Source: Candidatus Omnitrophota bacterium (GTDB lineage Bacteria > Ratteibacteria > UBA8468 > B48-G9 > JAFGKM01). From it: a DNA stretch of 64,000 bases. The stretch is taken from the NCBI GenBank assembly GCA_016928555.1, contig JAFGKM010000003.1:1112-65111 (forward strand). The letters run 5' to 3'. Below, piece after piece: positions 16,206-25,807 of the stretch. The notes beneath the pieces are model-generated. The model did not search any database. It was not told the DNA's origin and saw only the letters and a list, made by a program, of their open reading frames with translations. The position numbers and the translations under genes are program-made. The number at the start of each line of letters is the position of its first letter. Within the stretch, counting starts at the first letter, position 1.

Positions 16206-17171
16206 CTACAGGATAATGAATTCTTCGGGGTTTATACTTGTTGTGTCTGTAGTCTCTGAACCCATGAATTTCCGCACCCTTTTTCTGTAAAAGTACATCC
16301 TGCCTTTTGTTTTCTTTATCCCGGGAAGGTCTGCCTTTGCCGCTTCCCTGCCTTTTTCTATTGCATAGCGGTATCTTGAGAAATTGTTCCACCGCATATC
16401 GCCGAGGTCGGGTTTTACTATGAAATCCGCCATCCGGCTGTTGTAAAGGTCAAACCTGGAAGAAATGAGAGCGTCTGTTCTCATGTGTATGTCAAACACG
16501 GAATTCAGCTCTCCGAAAGATGAATGAAACCGGTTTACGTCCACTGCCGTGATGCTTTTGGCGCCGGCAAGCACTGCGCATTTCACGGGAAGGCGGTTGG
16601 TGATGCCCCCGTCAATAAGAAGCATATCGCCGTATTCCACGGGGGGGAGAAGTCCGGGTATGGAGCAGGATGCAAGAATGCCTTTCCATAATTTGCCAGT
16701 TTTTATGTAGACGTCCTTTCCCGAAACAATGTCGAAGGCAACCGCTATGAGGGGAACGGGAAGCTGTTCAAAAGCAATGTCCCTGAAAAGGTTTTTGAAA
16801 ACCGGCTCAACATCTTCCTTTTTCAGAAGCGCATTGTCCCGGAGCATCCTTACAAGAAGAAGTTTCTTTTTTACGGTGTAAAGGGTTTTCAAGAAGAAGC
16901 CTTCTTTATCCCCCTCAAAGTCAACCGAGTCCAGTTTCATCCCCTTGAGGACCTTAAACTCGTATGTTTCTTCTATGTTTTCAAACTCGTTTATCCTTTC
17001 GGCATACAGCGAATAAAAAGCTCCGGCTATTGAGCCTGCCGACGTGCCGCACAGGATATCCGGCCTGAGTCCTTCTTTCTCAAGTGTTGTCAGGACGCCC
17101 AGATGGGCGAACCCCTTGGCGCCGCCTCCCCCGAGAACTATTGCGTTTTTATATTTTTTGTCCATTTCCAT
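16206..17171 (-). CDS. Patatin-like phospholipase
   Basis: 'IVLGGGGAKGFAHLGV' oxyanion loop, 'GTSAGS' nucleophile elbow (GxSxG), 'IDGG' Asp dyad motif. Confidence 0.85.
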   Translation of the reverse strand: MEMDKKYKNAIVLGGGGAKGFAHLGVLTTLEKEGLRPDILCGTSAGSIAGAFYSLYAERINEFENIEETYEFKVLKGMKLDSVDFEGDKEGFFLKTLYTVKKKLLLVRMLRDNALLKKEDVEPVFKNLFRDIAFEQLPVPLIAVAFDIVSGKDVYIKTGKLWKGILASCSIPGLLPPVEYGDMLLIDGGITNRLPVKCAVLAGAKSITAVDVNRFHSSFGELNSVFDIHMRTDALISSRFDLYNSRMADFIVKPDLGDMRWNNFSRYRYAIEKGREAAKADLPGIKKTKGRMYFYRKRVRKFMGSETTDTTSINPEEFIIL

Positions 17172-17754
17172 GCAGAGGTTTGGAATGTTTTATCAGATGC
17201 CAGTAGGCGGCGAGTTCACGTTCAATGGGTTTCCTGTCGCCGAATTTGTCTATTATGATTGCGTAAAATCTCCTGTTGTGGCCTTTTTCCACCCTGTGGG
17301 CAACCTCATGGAAGAGGATGTATTCAATCAGCCTGTCCGGCAGAAACATCAGAAGCGTATTGACTGTTATTCTCCCGTCGTTGCCGCAGCTGCCCCACCT
17401 GCCTTTGAATTTCCTGAAAAGAATTTTGCCTGTTTCCACGTTGAGTTCCGCGGAAAAAGCCCTTACGATTTTTTCAACAGAGGCTTTGAATTCCGCCGTA
17501 TCCGCGCCTTCTTTCAGTTTAAGTGTTTTTGAGGCTTCCTTCAGTTCTTCAAAACGGTCCATCTGTTTTATTATCCAGCCGCTGTGATTTTCCAGCAGTC
17601 TGCGTTCTTCCGTAAATTTCAAAGGCAGGATCAGGTAGAGCATCCCGTTTTCAAATTCAAGCCGGGGGGATTTAACCCGCCTGTAGAATTTTTCATAGAT
17701 TATCTCCCTGCCGTTCAGCGTTACCTTTTCCATGTTAACCTTTAATGACCGCAA
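17149..17754 (-). CDS. DUF45/YgjP-type (WLM/SprT-like, M48-related) zinc metallopeptidase-fold protein
   Basis: 'ILFHEVAHRVEKGHNRRF' HExxH...H motif as in DUF45; overlaps RtcB stop and patatin start. Confidence 0.7.
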   Translation of the reverse strand: MRSLKVNMEKVTLNGREIIYEKFYRRVKSPRLEFENGMLYLILPLKFTEERRLLENHSGWIIKQMDRFEELKEASKTLKLKEGADTAEFKASVEKIVRAFSAELNVETGKILFRKFKGRWGSCGNDGRITVNTLLMFLPDRLIEYILFHEVAHRVEKGHNRRFYAIIIDKFGDRKPIERELAAYWHLIKHSKPLHGNGQKI

Positions 17755-19171
17755 GCGGAACCATCCGCGCTATCTTTCCGGATAACCCCGCGCCTTCCAC
17801 TATCTCTATCACTTCGTCTATGTCCTTGTATGCTTCAGGCATTTCCTCCGCAAGCCCTTTACCGCTGACGCCTTTTGCCAGTATGCCGCGTCCGGCAAGC
17901 TCCCCGGCGATTGACCTGTTTCTGCCTTCTTTTACCGCCTGGTGTCTTGACATCATCCTGCCCGCTCCGTGGCAGGTGCTTCCCCACGTTTCCTCCATCG
18001 CTTTCTCGGTGCCCACGAGTATATAAGAAGATGTTCCCATGGTGCCGGGGATAATGACCGGCTGTCCCGTGCTTCTATACCTTTCCGGCAGCTGCGGATG
18101 TCCCTTGGGGAATGCTCTTGTCGCTCCTTTGCGGTGGACATACAGCGTTTTTTCCCTCCCGTCCACAGTGTGTTTTTCAATTTTGCAGATGTTATGGGTT
18201 ACGTCATAGACAAGGGACATCTGCATTTTTTCATATGGCACCCCGAACACAGAGGAGAAGGTCTCCCTTATCAGGTGCGTCATAATCTGCCTGTTGGCAA
18301 AGGCATAGTTTGCCGCGGCGTTCATCGCCCTGAAATACCGCCTGCCTTCTTTTGACGATACGGGCGCACAGGCGAGCTGTCTGTCGGAAAGTTTTATGCC
18401 GTAATCCGCGGCCACCCTGCCGAATCTGTCAAGGTAGTCGCCGCATACCTGATATCCGAGCCCTCTGCTGCCCGAGTGGACCATCACCGTTATTTGCCCG
18501 GGAAAGATGCCGAACGAATCGGCCGCCGTTTTGTCGTATATGTCCGCCACACGCTGGATTTCAATAAAATGGTTGCCCGAGCCGAGCGTGCCGAGCTGGG
18601 AAGTCCCTCTTTCGTAAGCCCTGTTGCCCACCGCGTCCGGGTCGGCTTCTTTTATCCTTCCGTTTTCCTCCGTGTTTTCAAGGTCGCCCGCTGTTCCGAA
18701 CCCGTTTTTTACCGCCCATTCTGCACCCTCTGCCGTCACTTTTTCAAGGTCTTTTCTTTTCAGCTTAAGGGCGCCGGTTGAGCCTACTCCGCAGGGAATA
18801 TTTGTGAAAAGAAGGTTTATCAGGTCTTCCAGTTTATTCTTAACGTCATCTGCCGTTAAGTTGCTTCTTATAAGCCGCACCCCGCAATTTAGGTCGTAGC
18901 CCACAAATCCGGGGGCGATAACTCCCGATTCCGCGTCAAATGCGCCGACTCCCCCTATTGGCGCCCCGTAGCCCCAGTGGACGTCGGGCATGGCAAGGCT
19001 GTATTTGACTATACCGGGAAGTTTTGACACGTTTATTATCTGCTCGGGGGCTTTTTCGGAGACGGCTTTATTCAGAAGTTTTTCCGAGATGTAAATAATG
19101 CCGGGGACGCGCATCCCTTCCATTCTCGGGATAAGCCACTTGAAGTCATTAATCTTTTCTATGGATATCAT
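17735..19171 (-). CDS. rtcB: RtcB-family RNA 3'-phosphate ligase
   Basis: 478 aa; N-terminus aligns with archaeal RtcB (..RVPG..Y); 'GYDLNCGVRL', 'GSGNHFIEIQ', 'HRKGATRA', 'STCHGAGR' signature motifs. Confidence 0.9.
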   Translation of the reverse strand: MISIEKINDFKWLIPRMEGMRVPGIIYISEKLLNKAVSEKAPEQIINVSKLPGIVKYSLAMPDVHWGYGAPIGGVGAFDAESGVIAPGFVGYDLNCGVRLIRSNLTADDVKNKLEDLINLLFTNIPCGVGSTGALKLKRKDLEKVTAEGAEWAVKNGFGTAGDLENTEENGRIKEADPDAVGNRAYERGTSQLGTLGSGNHFIEIQRVADIYDKTAADSFGIFPGQITVMVHSGSRGLGYQVCGDYLDRFGRVAADYGIKLSDRQLACAPVSSKEGRRYFRAMNAAANYAFANRQIMTHLIRETFSSVFGVPYEKMQMSLVYDVTHNICKIEKHTVDGREKTLYVHRKGATRAFPKGHPQLPERYRSTGQPVIIPGTMGTSSYILVGTEKAMEETWGSTCHGAGRMMSRHQAVKEGRNRSIAGELAGRGILAKGVSGKGLAEEMPEAYKDIDEVIEIVEGAGLSGKIARMVPLAVIKG

Positions 19172-19727
19172 TATTTCCTGAGGATTGGAGCATGTCCCAT
19201 CCTGTTTCTATACTTTTTTTGCTTAGGGCGGCAAGTTCTTTTGAAGGGAGGATTTTATCGGCCGAGTAGTATAAGCCTGTTCTGGTAAAGGGGAAGAAAT
19301 TAGCGTTTATTACGTATGCCAGCGCCCCTGCCGCTACCATGTTGGCGGTTTTTATACTGCCTTCTTTTTCCGCGGTTTCGCTGGCGGGTATCTCCGCTAT
19401 TTTGTAGCCGGAAGAGCCGGGTTTTTTAATGAGTGAGGAGTTTAAAATCAGGTGAGCGTCTTTTTTGAGGTATCCCCTCAGCATTTTGAACGATTGTTCA
19501 TTCATGAACACGCCTATGTCCGTTTCCGAACTGACGGGAGAAGAAATCTTGTCTGAAGAGGAAATTACTATCGTGCAGTATACGTATCCTCCGCGCATCT
19601 CGGCTCCGTATGAAGGCAGGCAGGAGACCTGCAGTTTCTGGTGCATCGCGGCATAAGAAATGACCTTTCCTAGCGTCAGTATGCCCTGTCCGCCCGAGCC
19701 GCCTGTGATTATTCTGACTTTTTCCAT
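19149..19727 (-). CDS. 2-oxoacid:ferredoxin oxidoreductase gamma-subunit-family protein (orphan)
   Basis: 'IITGGSGGQGILTLG' matches POR/IOR gamma GxGGQG motif; similar to IorB at 59641-60207; no alpha/beta partner nearby; overlaps rtcB start by 23 nt. Confidence 0.6.
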   Translation of the reverse strand: MEKVRIITGGSGGQGILTLGKVISYAAMHQKLQVSCLPSYGAEMRGGYVYCTIVISSSDKISSPVSSETDIGVFMNEQSFKMLRGYLKKDAHLILNSSLIKKPGSSGYKIAEIPASETAEKEGSIKTANMVAAGALAYVINANFFPFTRTGLYYSADKILPSKELAALSKKSIETGWDMLQSSGNNDIHRKD

Positions 19728-19745
19728 AATCCGCCTTTCATGTTT

Positions 19746-20711
19746 TTACGTCCACCACGCCTTTGGTTTTGCCTCAACTATAAGGATGTTTTTGAGGAAA
19801 CTGACCGCTTTTCCCAGTCCTTCGTCAACGCTCATCAGACTGTCCTCGTGTTCTATGCTGAGCGTTCCGTCATAACCTGTCATTCTGAGCGCTGATACAA
19901 AATCATTCCAGAACTCATGGCTGTGCCCGTACCCTACGGTTCTAAAAATCCATGAGCGGTTAATCTCGTCAAGATACGTCTTTGTGTCAAGAACGCCGTT
20001 TACCGAAGTATTGCAAACGTCTATTTTTGTGTCCTTCGCATGTACGTGGTATACGGCGCCTTTTAGTTTTTTTAGGGCGGCAAGCGGGTCTATCCCCTGC
20101 CAGAAGAGGTGGCTCGGGTCAAAGTTGGCGCCTATCTCTTTCCCTGCGGCGTCCCTCAGCTTCAACAGAGTTTCGGGGTTATAGACAACAAATCCCGGAT
20201 GCATCTCAAGGCATATCTGTTTCACGTTGTGGTTTTTTGCAAACCTGACTTCTTCCTTCCAGTACGGGATTGCCTTCTTTTCCCACTGCCACCTGACTAT
20301 CTTTGAAAAATCATCGGGCCACGGGCATGTTACCCAGTTGGGGTATTTTGCCTTTTCATTGTCTCCCGGACAGCCGGAAAAGGTTATGATGCGCGGTATC
20401 CCGAGCTTTTCGGCAAGAAGAATAGTCTTTCTCTGGCAGTCTCTGTGCGCTTTCGCTATTGTGGAATCCGGATGCAGTGGATTGCCGTGGCAGGAGAGGG
20501 CGGATATTTCCAGACCCCTTTCCGCAACTGCATCTCTGAATTTCTTAAGCGCTGAATCGCTTTTGAGCAGTTTTTCGGGATTGCAGTGTGCGTTCCCGGG
20601 GTAGTTGCCCGTTCCTATCTCCACGGTATCAAGGCCCAGTCCCTTTGCCCTGTCCAGCGCCTGTTCAAAAGTCTGACTGCTGAAAAGCACAAGAAAAACA
20701 CCCAGTTTCAT
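19746..20711 (-). CDS. Sugar phosphate isomerase/epimerase (xylose-isomerase-like TIM barrel)
   Basis: Start set to ATG 20711 (MKLGVFLVLFS); 'LSIEHED' and His/Glu/Asp metal ligand pattern typical of AP-endonuclease-2/xylose isomerase-like TIM barrels. Confidence 0.7.
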   Translation of the reverse strand: MKLGVFLVLFSSQTFEQALDRAKGLGLDTVEIGTGNYPGNAHCNPEKLLKSDSALKKFRDAVAERGLEISALSCHGNPLHPDSTIAKAHRDCQRKTILLAEKLGIPRIITFSGCPGDNEKAKYPNWVTCPWPDDFSKIVRWQWEKKAIPYWKEEVRFAKNHNVKQICLEMHPGFVVYNPETLLKLRDAAGKEIGANFDPSHLFWQGIDPLAALKKLKGAVYHVHAKDTKIDVCNTSVNGVLDTKTYLDEINRSWIFRTVGYGHSHEFWNDFVSALRMTGYDGTLSIEHEDSLMSVDEGLGKAVSFLKNILIVEAKPKAWWT

Positions 20712-20901
20712 ATGCCCGTCTCCTTCTCCTCCGATATTCAAAAAGAGGATAGGTTTAAAACTTAGCACATTGTTTCTGCACTGTCAATGAAGCTGCAACC
20801 ATAAACGCGGTAAGGCACTAAAATATCTGTAAAAACGGGAAGACATCCTGTATAATATCTTGGTATAGTCAGCAACTGATACCAAAAAAGGAGGTTTCCC
20901 G

Positions 20902-21488
20902 ATGAGTAGATATAGAATACCACCGAGCAAGAAAATACGCAAGGAAATAAGGGCAATGGCAGAAGGTATTACAAGCGAAGGGAAGTTTGAAGGTAATCCG
21001 ATAGAGAAGCTGATGGAAAAGGCAAAGTTGTTGATAGTGGAGGAACTTTTGGAGAAAGAAGTGGAAGAGTTTCTGGAGCGGCCATACTATCAACGCAAGA
21101 AGGCGGAGGGTGAACTTAAGGGCTACCGGAACGGATACGAACCGCGCAAGTTGAAGACAGCAGAGGGAGCATTAACTTGGAGGTTCCGCAGGTACGTGAC
21201 AGCCAGGAACCGTTCCGTTCGCAGATACAGAAGTTTTTTAAGAATAATACGGATGTGCTTGAAAAACTGTCCACGGAGATGTATGCCAGAGGTTTAAGCA
21301 CTCGGGGTATAGAGGATGCGCTGTATACGGCAACAGGTGACCGGCTGCTGTCCAAAAGCAGTGTCTCGCGGGTAACCGAGATACTGTGGAAAGAATACGA
21401 GTGGTTTATCAGCCGGGACTTGACCTTCCATAAATTCCTTTATTCAAAAGAAAATAGATGGTCGAACTTCGTTATAAATCCTTCTTAA
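20902..21488 (+). pseudogene. IS256-family (Mutator-like) transposase remnant: N-terminal ~190 aa, frameshifted near 21175, 3' part missing
   Basis: Frame 1 'ELLEKEVEEFLER...KGYRNGYEPRKLKTAEGAL' then frame 3 'EVPQVRDSQEPF...EMYARGLSTRGIEDAL...SKSSVSRVTEIL' match the IS256 transposase N-terminal region; no catalytic DDE part; marks the start of a lower-GC island. Confidence 0.7.
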
Positions 21489-21520
21489 TTTATACTGTGA
21501 ATGATACTACGAATTTTGTT

Positions 21521-22783
21521 CTAGGAATGTCCGTAACCAGCAACGATTTCCGCGGCAATACGAGACCATTCCCAAAGCCTTTGCGGCTGATAACATACAG
21601 TACTGATGTCTTTTAATATCACCTCTGTTATACAATCCCTGGTTTTTTTCAGGTTTTCTTCCAGGTTTTTCCTTACCAGTTCAGGTTTCCATATATTACT
21701 GGCGAGAAATGCCGGATTTGGTTTCATAGAGTAAACATAGTCCTGTCCAATTTCATCCGCCCCTTCTTCTGTATTCACCCATGGGCTCATTGAAATCTTG
21801 CGCAAGTTAGGTATCTGCCGCAGAATGCCGATTTTTTTGTGTAAAGGTTCGCAACAACCGTAATAGGTGAGTCCGAACTGGCCTAGGTACTTAAGTTCAT
21901 ATTGGAGTGCAAACTCATCATGCATTGCCGGAGACACTGCAGAGAATATCTGCGACATGGTGCGTCCCCACATATCCAGAGGACGTACATGCCTAGGATT
22001 GAAATCCTTCTGGGGCAGTTCATCAGTATACTGCAGACCCCCTCCGAGATAGGTATTATCGTTGTTTAGAGCGAGAAGGTTTAACTGTTCACATTGTTTC
22101 AGGTGTGAGAGATAAGCGTCTGTCATTCTGCTGATGACTTTATGTACATAATTTGGACGAACAGCCATATCGGTAAGTATCTCATTTACTCCGGTGAGCC
22201 GTACCAGTTCATCCCATGGCGCTACGGATGTGTACTTTACACCTTCTTTCCGCACAGGAAGGAGTCCGTCGAAAATATCGCTCAACAATTGAAAATTTCT
22301 TTCCGACTCTTCTTCGTTATGTCTCACTACAGGTTTTTTTATTTTTTCTAAGTTCTCTTCTGTCCTTATCTGAATGTTAAAATGACGGGAGACAATATCG
22401 CTACGCTCATCGGTTTTAGATGTAACAACATTTTCACTTAATCCTATACCTGTATCGCTAATGGCAAGAGGCGAGGCAACAAATCCTTCGATTACCATAT
22501 CGCCCTGCATATGTCGCCACTGGTAAATCGTGCGACGCATCTTTATTTCTATTTCCTTTAAAAAGGAATTATGGCAGAGTGAAGTAAGTTCATTCTCATA
22601 TTCCATTTCATGCCAAGGTATCTCAAAGATGAAAATGAGCGGACGGACACATTTCAATCCGTTCAACCGCTTCCAGAGTATCTTACGCTCTCCGTTTATG
22701 GAATCAGCGGCGATATCCCGGATTATTGTGCCTAGTTCTCGAAGTACTCTTCTATCATCTTTATTCGTCGCATTCCTTCTCAT
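21521..22783 (-). CDS. Hypothetical protein (420 aa), possibly a distant URO-D-like fold
   Basis: Long ORF in AT-richer island; weak resemblance ('MVIEGFVASPLAISDTGIG') to URO-D family segment; no firm motif. Confidence 0.4.
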   Translation of the reverse strand: MRRNATNKDDRRVLRELGTIIRDIAADSINGERKILWKRLNGLKCVRPLIFIFEIPWHEMEYENELTSLCHNSFLKEIEIKMRRTIYQWRHMQGDMVIEGFVASPLAISDTGIGLSENVVTSKTDERSDIVSRHFNIQIRTEENLEKIKKPVVRHNEEESERNFQLLSDIFDGLLPVRKEGVKYTSVAPWDELVRLTGVNEILTDMAVRPNYVHKVISRMTDAYLSHLKQCEQLNLLALNNDNTYLGGGLQYTDELPQKDFNPRHVRPLDMWGRTMSQIFSAVSPAMHDEFALQYELKYLGQFGLTYYGCCEPLHKKIGILRQIPNLRKISMSPWVNTEEGADEIGQDYVYSMKPNPAFLASNIWKPELVRKNLEENLKKTRDCITEVILKDISTVCYQPQRLWEWSRIAAEIVAGYGHS

Positions 22784-23193
22784 CTCTCCTCATGATATAA
22801 CGCTTATTGTATTAGTTAACAAATAATGAATTTTTAGATTAGAATATTAATTTTTTAAGCTTGTAACTTTTTGAAAAAATGGATCAGGGTTAAGTATGTA
22901 ATATGTATGTTCAACGATAAATTTAACTACATTTATAACATCTTTTTTTATCCAGTGTTCCTTTACGAAAAAAGCTCTGGCGGAGTCTCCGGCATACTGC
23001 TGGAGAGTGTACCCCCGTACAGGTATTTTATATGGTATAATCGAAAGTTCCCCGCCTTATAATTTATATTCTAAGAACTGCCCTTTCAAGATACATCACT
23101 TTTTCATCTGTTTTTTTGCCGTCTGGAAATTCCGGGCCGGCAAATTTTATGCGAGCACATATCTCATAAAAAGTTTTTGGGGCAGGTTGTTTT

Positions 23194-24333
23194 TCAAACC
23201 AGCCAGCCGGTTGCCCGGGCTACAAGTCTGCAATAGTCAACATAATTGGACCAAGAAACGTCAGGCGGTACGCCGTGGTCGCAGCTGGGGATGTATCCTC
23301 CATCCCGGATAACCGGCTCAATGTGACTCATTTCACGGATGATGTCCTGACCTCCCTTTGCAATTTTCCTCTTATCAACGCCGCCCTTGAAAGCTATATT
23401 TTTCCCGAACTTCTTTCTGAATTCGACCACGTCGTTCCCCGCGGCAACTTCCATCGGGAGGCAGATATTTACACCGGCTTCTATCCAAAACGGTATCAGT
23501 CCGCCCACATAACCATCCGAATCTATGGCATAAACGGGAACTCCTGCGGAATGGATGTATTCACCCCATTTTGTCCAGACAGGCAGTAAAAATTCACGTA
23601 TCATTTCCGGGGAAACCATTGCCTGCCCTTTAAATGCCATGTCTTCGGAAATGTAGAACTGATCGGGAATACAGTATTGGAAAGCCCTTTCCAAAAGGCG
23701 AAGAACATAATTCTGCCAGAACTTAAGCATTTCCTTTATCAGGCCGGGGTTGTCATAAAACATCATGCTCAATTTCTCAAAACCCAACCATTCACGGAGT
23801 TGCCAGTAGGGACCGCCAAAAGTGAAAGAAATATAATGCTCCCTTTTTTCGAGTCTCCTGCCAAGAACGGACGCATCTTCAGGGAGACGTTCGGGCAGTT
23901 CCGGATCATACCGTTTTTTCATATCTTCCCAATCTGTACGGGTTTCAACGGGACATTTTATCCAGCGTCTTGTAACAAAATCCATACCCCAGCGCAGATA
24001 CTCTATGGGATATTCATTTCCTATCTCGCAGATATTGCCCTGCCAATCCTGGACTATCTTAGAATTGAATTTTTGTTCAAGAATTTTTTCTTCAAACTGT
24101 GGTATCATACTTGCCTCAATATAAAACTCTTCCCCCCCTCTTGGCAATTGCTCTTTGCCGCCGGCCATCTGATAGACGTATTCAATTGCTTCCCCCGCCG
24201 ATACAATATTTGCGGGGAGTCCTTCGGAATGCCATCTTTTCAGAGTGGATATCCGTCCCCTCCCGGGAGTAAATGGTATTCTTTCGGGTTTTCCGAAAAG
24301 TATCGTCTCCAAATACATCCGGCGTTCATTCAT
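23194..24333 (-). CDS. Uroporphyrinogen decarboxylase (URO-D) family protein (MtaA/CmuA-like)
   Basis: 379 aa; 'YISEDMAFKGQAMVSPEMIREFLLP', 'IDSDGYV', 'GYIPSCDHGVPPD' resemble the URO-D-like methyltransferase/decarboxylase fold. Confidence 0.55.
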   Translation of the reverse strand: MNERRMYLETILFGKPERIPFTPGRGRISTLKRWHSEGLPANIVSAGEAIEYVYQMAGGKEQLPRGGEEFYIEASMIPQFEEKILEQKFNSKIVQDWQGNICEIGNEYPIEYLRWGMDFVTRRWIKCPVETRTDWEDMKKRYDPELPERLPEDASVLGRRLEKREHYISFTFGGPYWQLREWLGFEKLSMMFYDNPGLIKEMLKFWQNYVLRLLERAFQYCIPDQFYISEDMAFKGQAMVSPEMIREFLLPVWTKWGEYIHSAGVPVYAIDSDGYVGGLIPFWIEAGVNICLPMEVAAGNDVVEFRKKFGKNIAFKGGVDKRKIAKGGQDIIREMSHIEPVIRDGGYIPSCDHGVPPDVSWSNYVDYCRLVARATGWLV

Positions 24334-24694
24334 TCAATACATCCCTTTCTGTGTTTTTCTAAAAACCTCGCATTGAACTATAAAAACAGTTTTCTCTGTA
24401 AACTATTAATCGATATCTTCTATTTGATTTTCAAAAAGAGCTGTTTGTACGCAAAATTCATACTTTCTCTTCACCTTTTACTTCGATATAACTTCCGTAT
24501 CAAATAAAAATCCGCAAAAATTTCCTGATTTTTCTTTATCCACTTATTATGTTTTCCTTCACTTCATAGGAAAGAGCCACAAGTTATGTGTCAACACAAT
24601 TACACTGAAGATGTTTCCGAAAGTAATCTTTTAATCGTTTTATAAATCATAAGCATCATCTGTTTTTAAATTCATATGATATATCTCTTCAGTT

Positions 24695-25687
24695 TTATAC
24701 GAGACTCGTTCCGTCAGAAGAAAAATTTATACCCATTAATTTTGCTATGGTAGGGGAAAAATCTATTATTTCTCCATAGGAAATGCTTTTCTTCCTTAAA
24801 TCCTGAGGCAGGGCGCCGCCGTTGATCATAAAAGTGGTTCTCCGACAACAGTTACTTTTCTTATTTGTAACAGTGTTATTTTTAAAATCCCATTGACGGC
24901 AATCATAAGGGGGCTGGTGATTGCTGCAATAGTTGGAAAGACTTTTTTCAGGGATGCCTCTGCTTCTTCCTTCCTCCACCGCCGTCTCGCATCCGTAATG
25001 ACAGCCGTGATCGGATGCAATAAATAACAAGGTTTCATTCCACCAGCCGCTTTCTTTAAGCAATTCTATTATCATCCATAAGATTTTATCAAGATACAGG
25101 AGTGAATGATGCTTATCTTCCGTATAAAATACATCTTTTTTATATACCGGGCAGTTGCCTGTTAAGTCATATTGGGCAAGATAAAGGAGAGTCATCTTCC
25201 AATCAGGATTTTCTGTCATCCACTTAAAACAGTATTGCGTCGTCAGAAAATCAGAAAAATAACCCCCAAAACCGTATGTGGCGTCTGGAGCTTTCCACCA
25301 TCCGCTTTGCATCCATGCATCAGAACCGAAACTTGCCACTTTACCTGCGGGATACTGTTCCTTGCAGGCATTGAGTATTGTTTTCCTGTCCATCCCTTCG
25401 GTTAGTTGGCAAAAGGAACCATTCATTGCTTCAGCCTTTACCTTATATGTACCGGAGGCCAAGTATTTTTGTCCGTAAGGGGTATTGCAATTGCCATTGT
25501 TCCATGAATATACAAAAACTCCCTGTTCAATACATTCCCTAAAAGCGGGCAATTTACCTGCTTTAACATAACCCATAACATTTGGAGGTTGTAATCCGGT
25601 GGAAGGTACGACTATACTCTTGTCCCAGTGACCTGCCAGCATGTCGAACACAACGATCAACGCTTTTTTTTTCATAGAAAATTTCAA
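24695..25687 (-). CDS. Alkaline-phosphatase-superfamily type I phosphodiesterase/nucleotide pyrophosphatase-like protein
   Basis: 'ALIVVFDMLAGHW' N-terminal metal-site region and 'LFIASDHGCHYG' C-terminal metal-site region typical of the Phosphodiest/sulfatase-like fold. Confidence 0.5.
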   Translation of the reverse strand: MKFSMKKKALIVVFDMLAGHWDKSIVVPSTGLQPPNVMGYVKAGKLPAFRECIEQGVFVYSWNNGNCNTPYGQKYLASGTYKVKAEAMNGSFCQLTEGMDRKTILNACKEQYPAGKVASFGSDAWMQSGWWKAPDATYGFGGYFSDFLTTQYCFKWMTENPDWKMTLLYLAQYDLTGNCPVYKKDVFYTEDKHHSLLYLDKILWMIIELLKESGWWNETLLFIASDHGCHYGCETAVEEGRSRGIPEKSLSNYCSNHQPPYDCRQWDFKNNTVTNKKSNCCRRTTFMINGGALPQDLRKKSISYGEIIDFSPTIAKLMGINFSSDGTSLV

Positions 25688-25807
25688 TAAGGAAAAAATT
25701 AACCTTTATGTTGATTTAATATAGTTCAATATATTTCGACTTTTTCGCACTGAAATAAGAATTTCAAAATTTTCCTGTCAAATTCCTGCTATATCTGAAC
25801 ACTTAGC

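Noticed and set aside
20902-21488. Intact, mobile IS256 element
   Set aside because: Only ~190 aa of the ~400-aa transposase are present. They are split by a frameshift, lack the DDE catalytic region, and I could not identify terminal inverted repeats. I called it a remnant.
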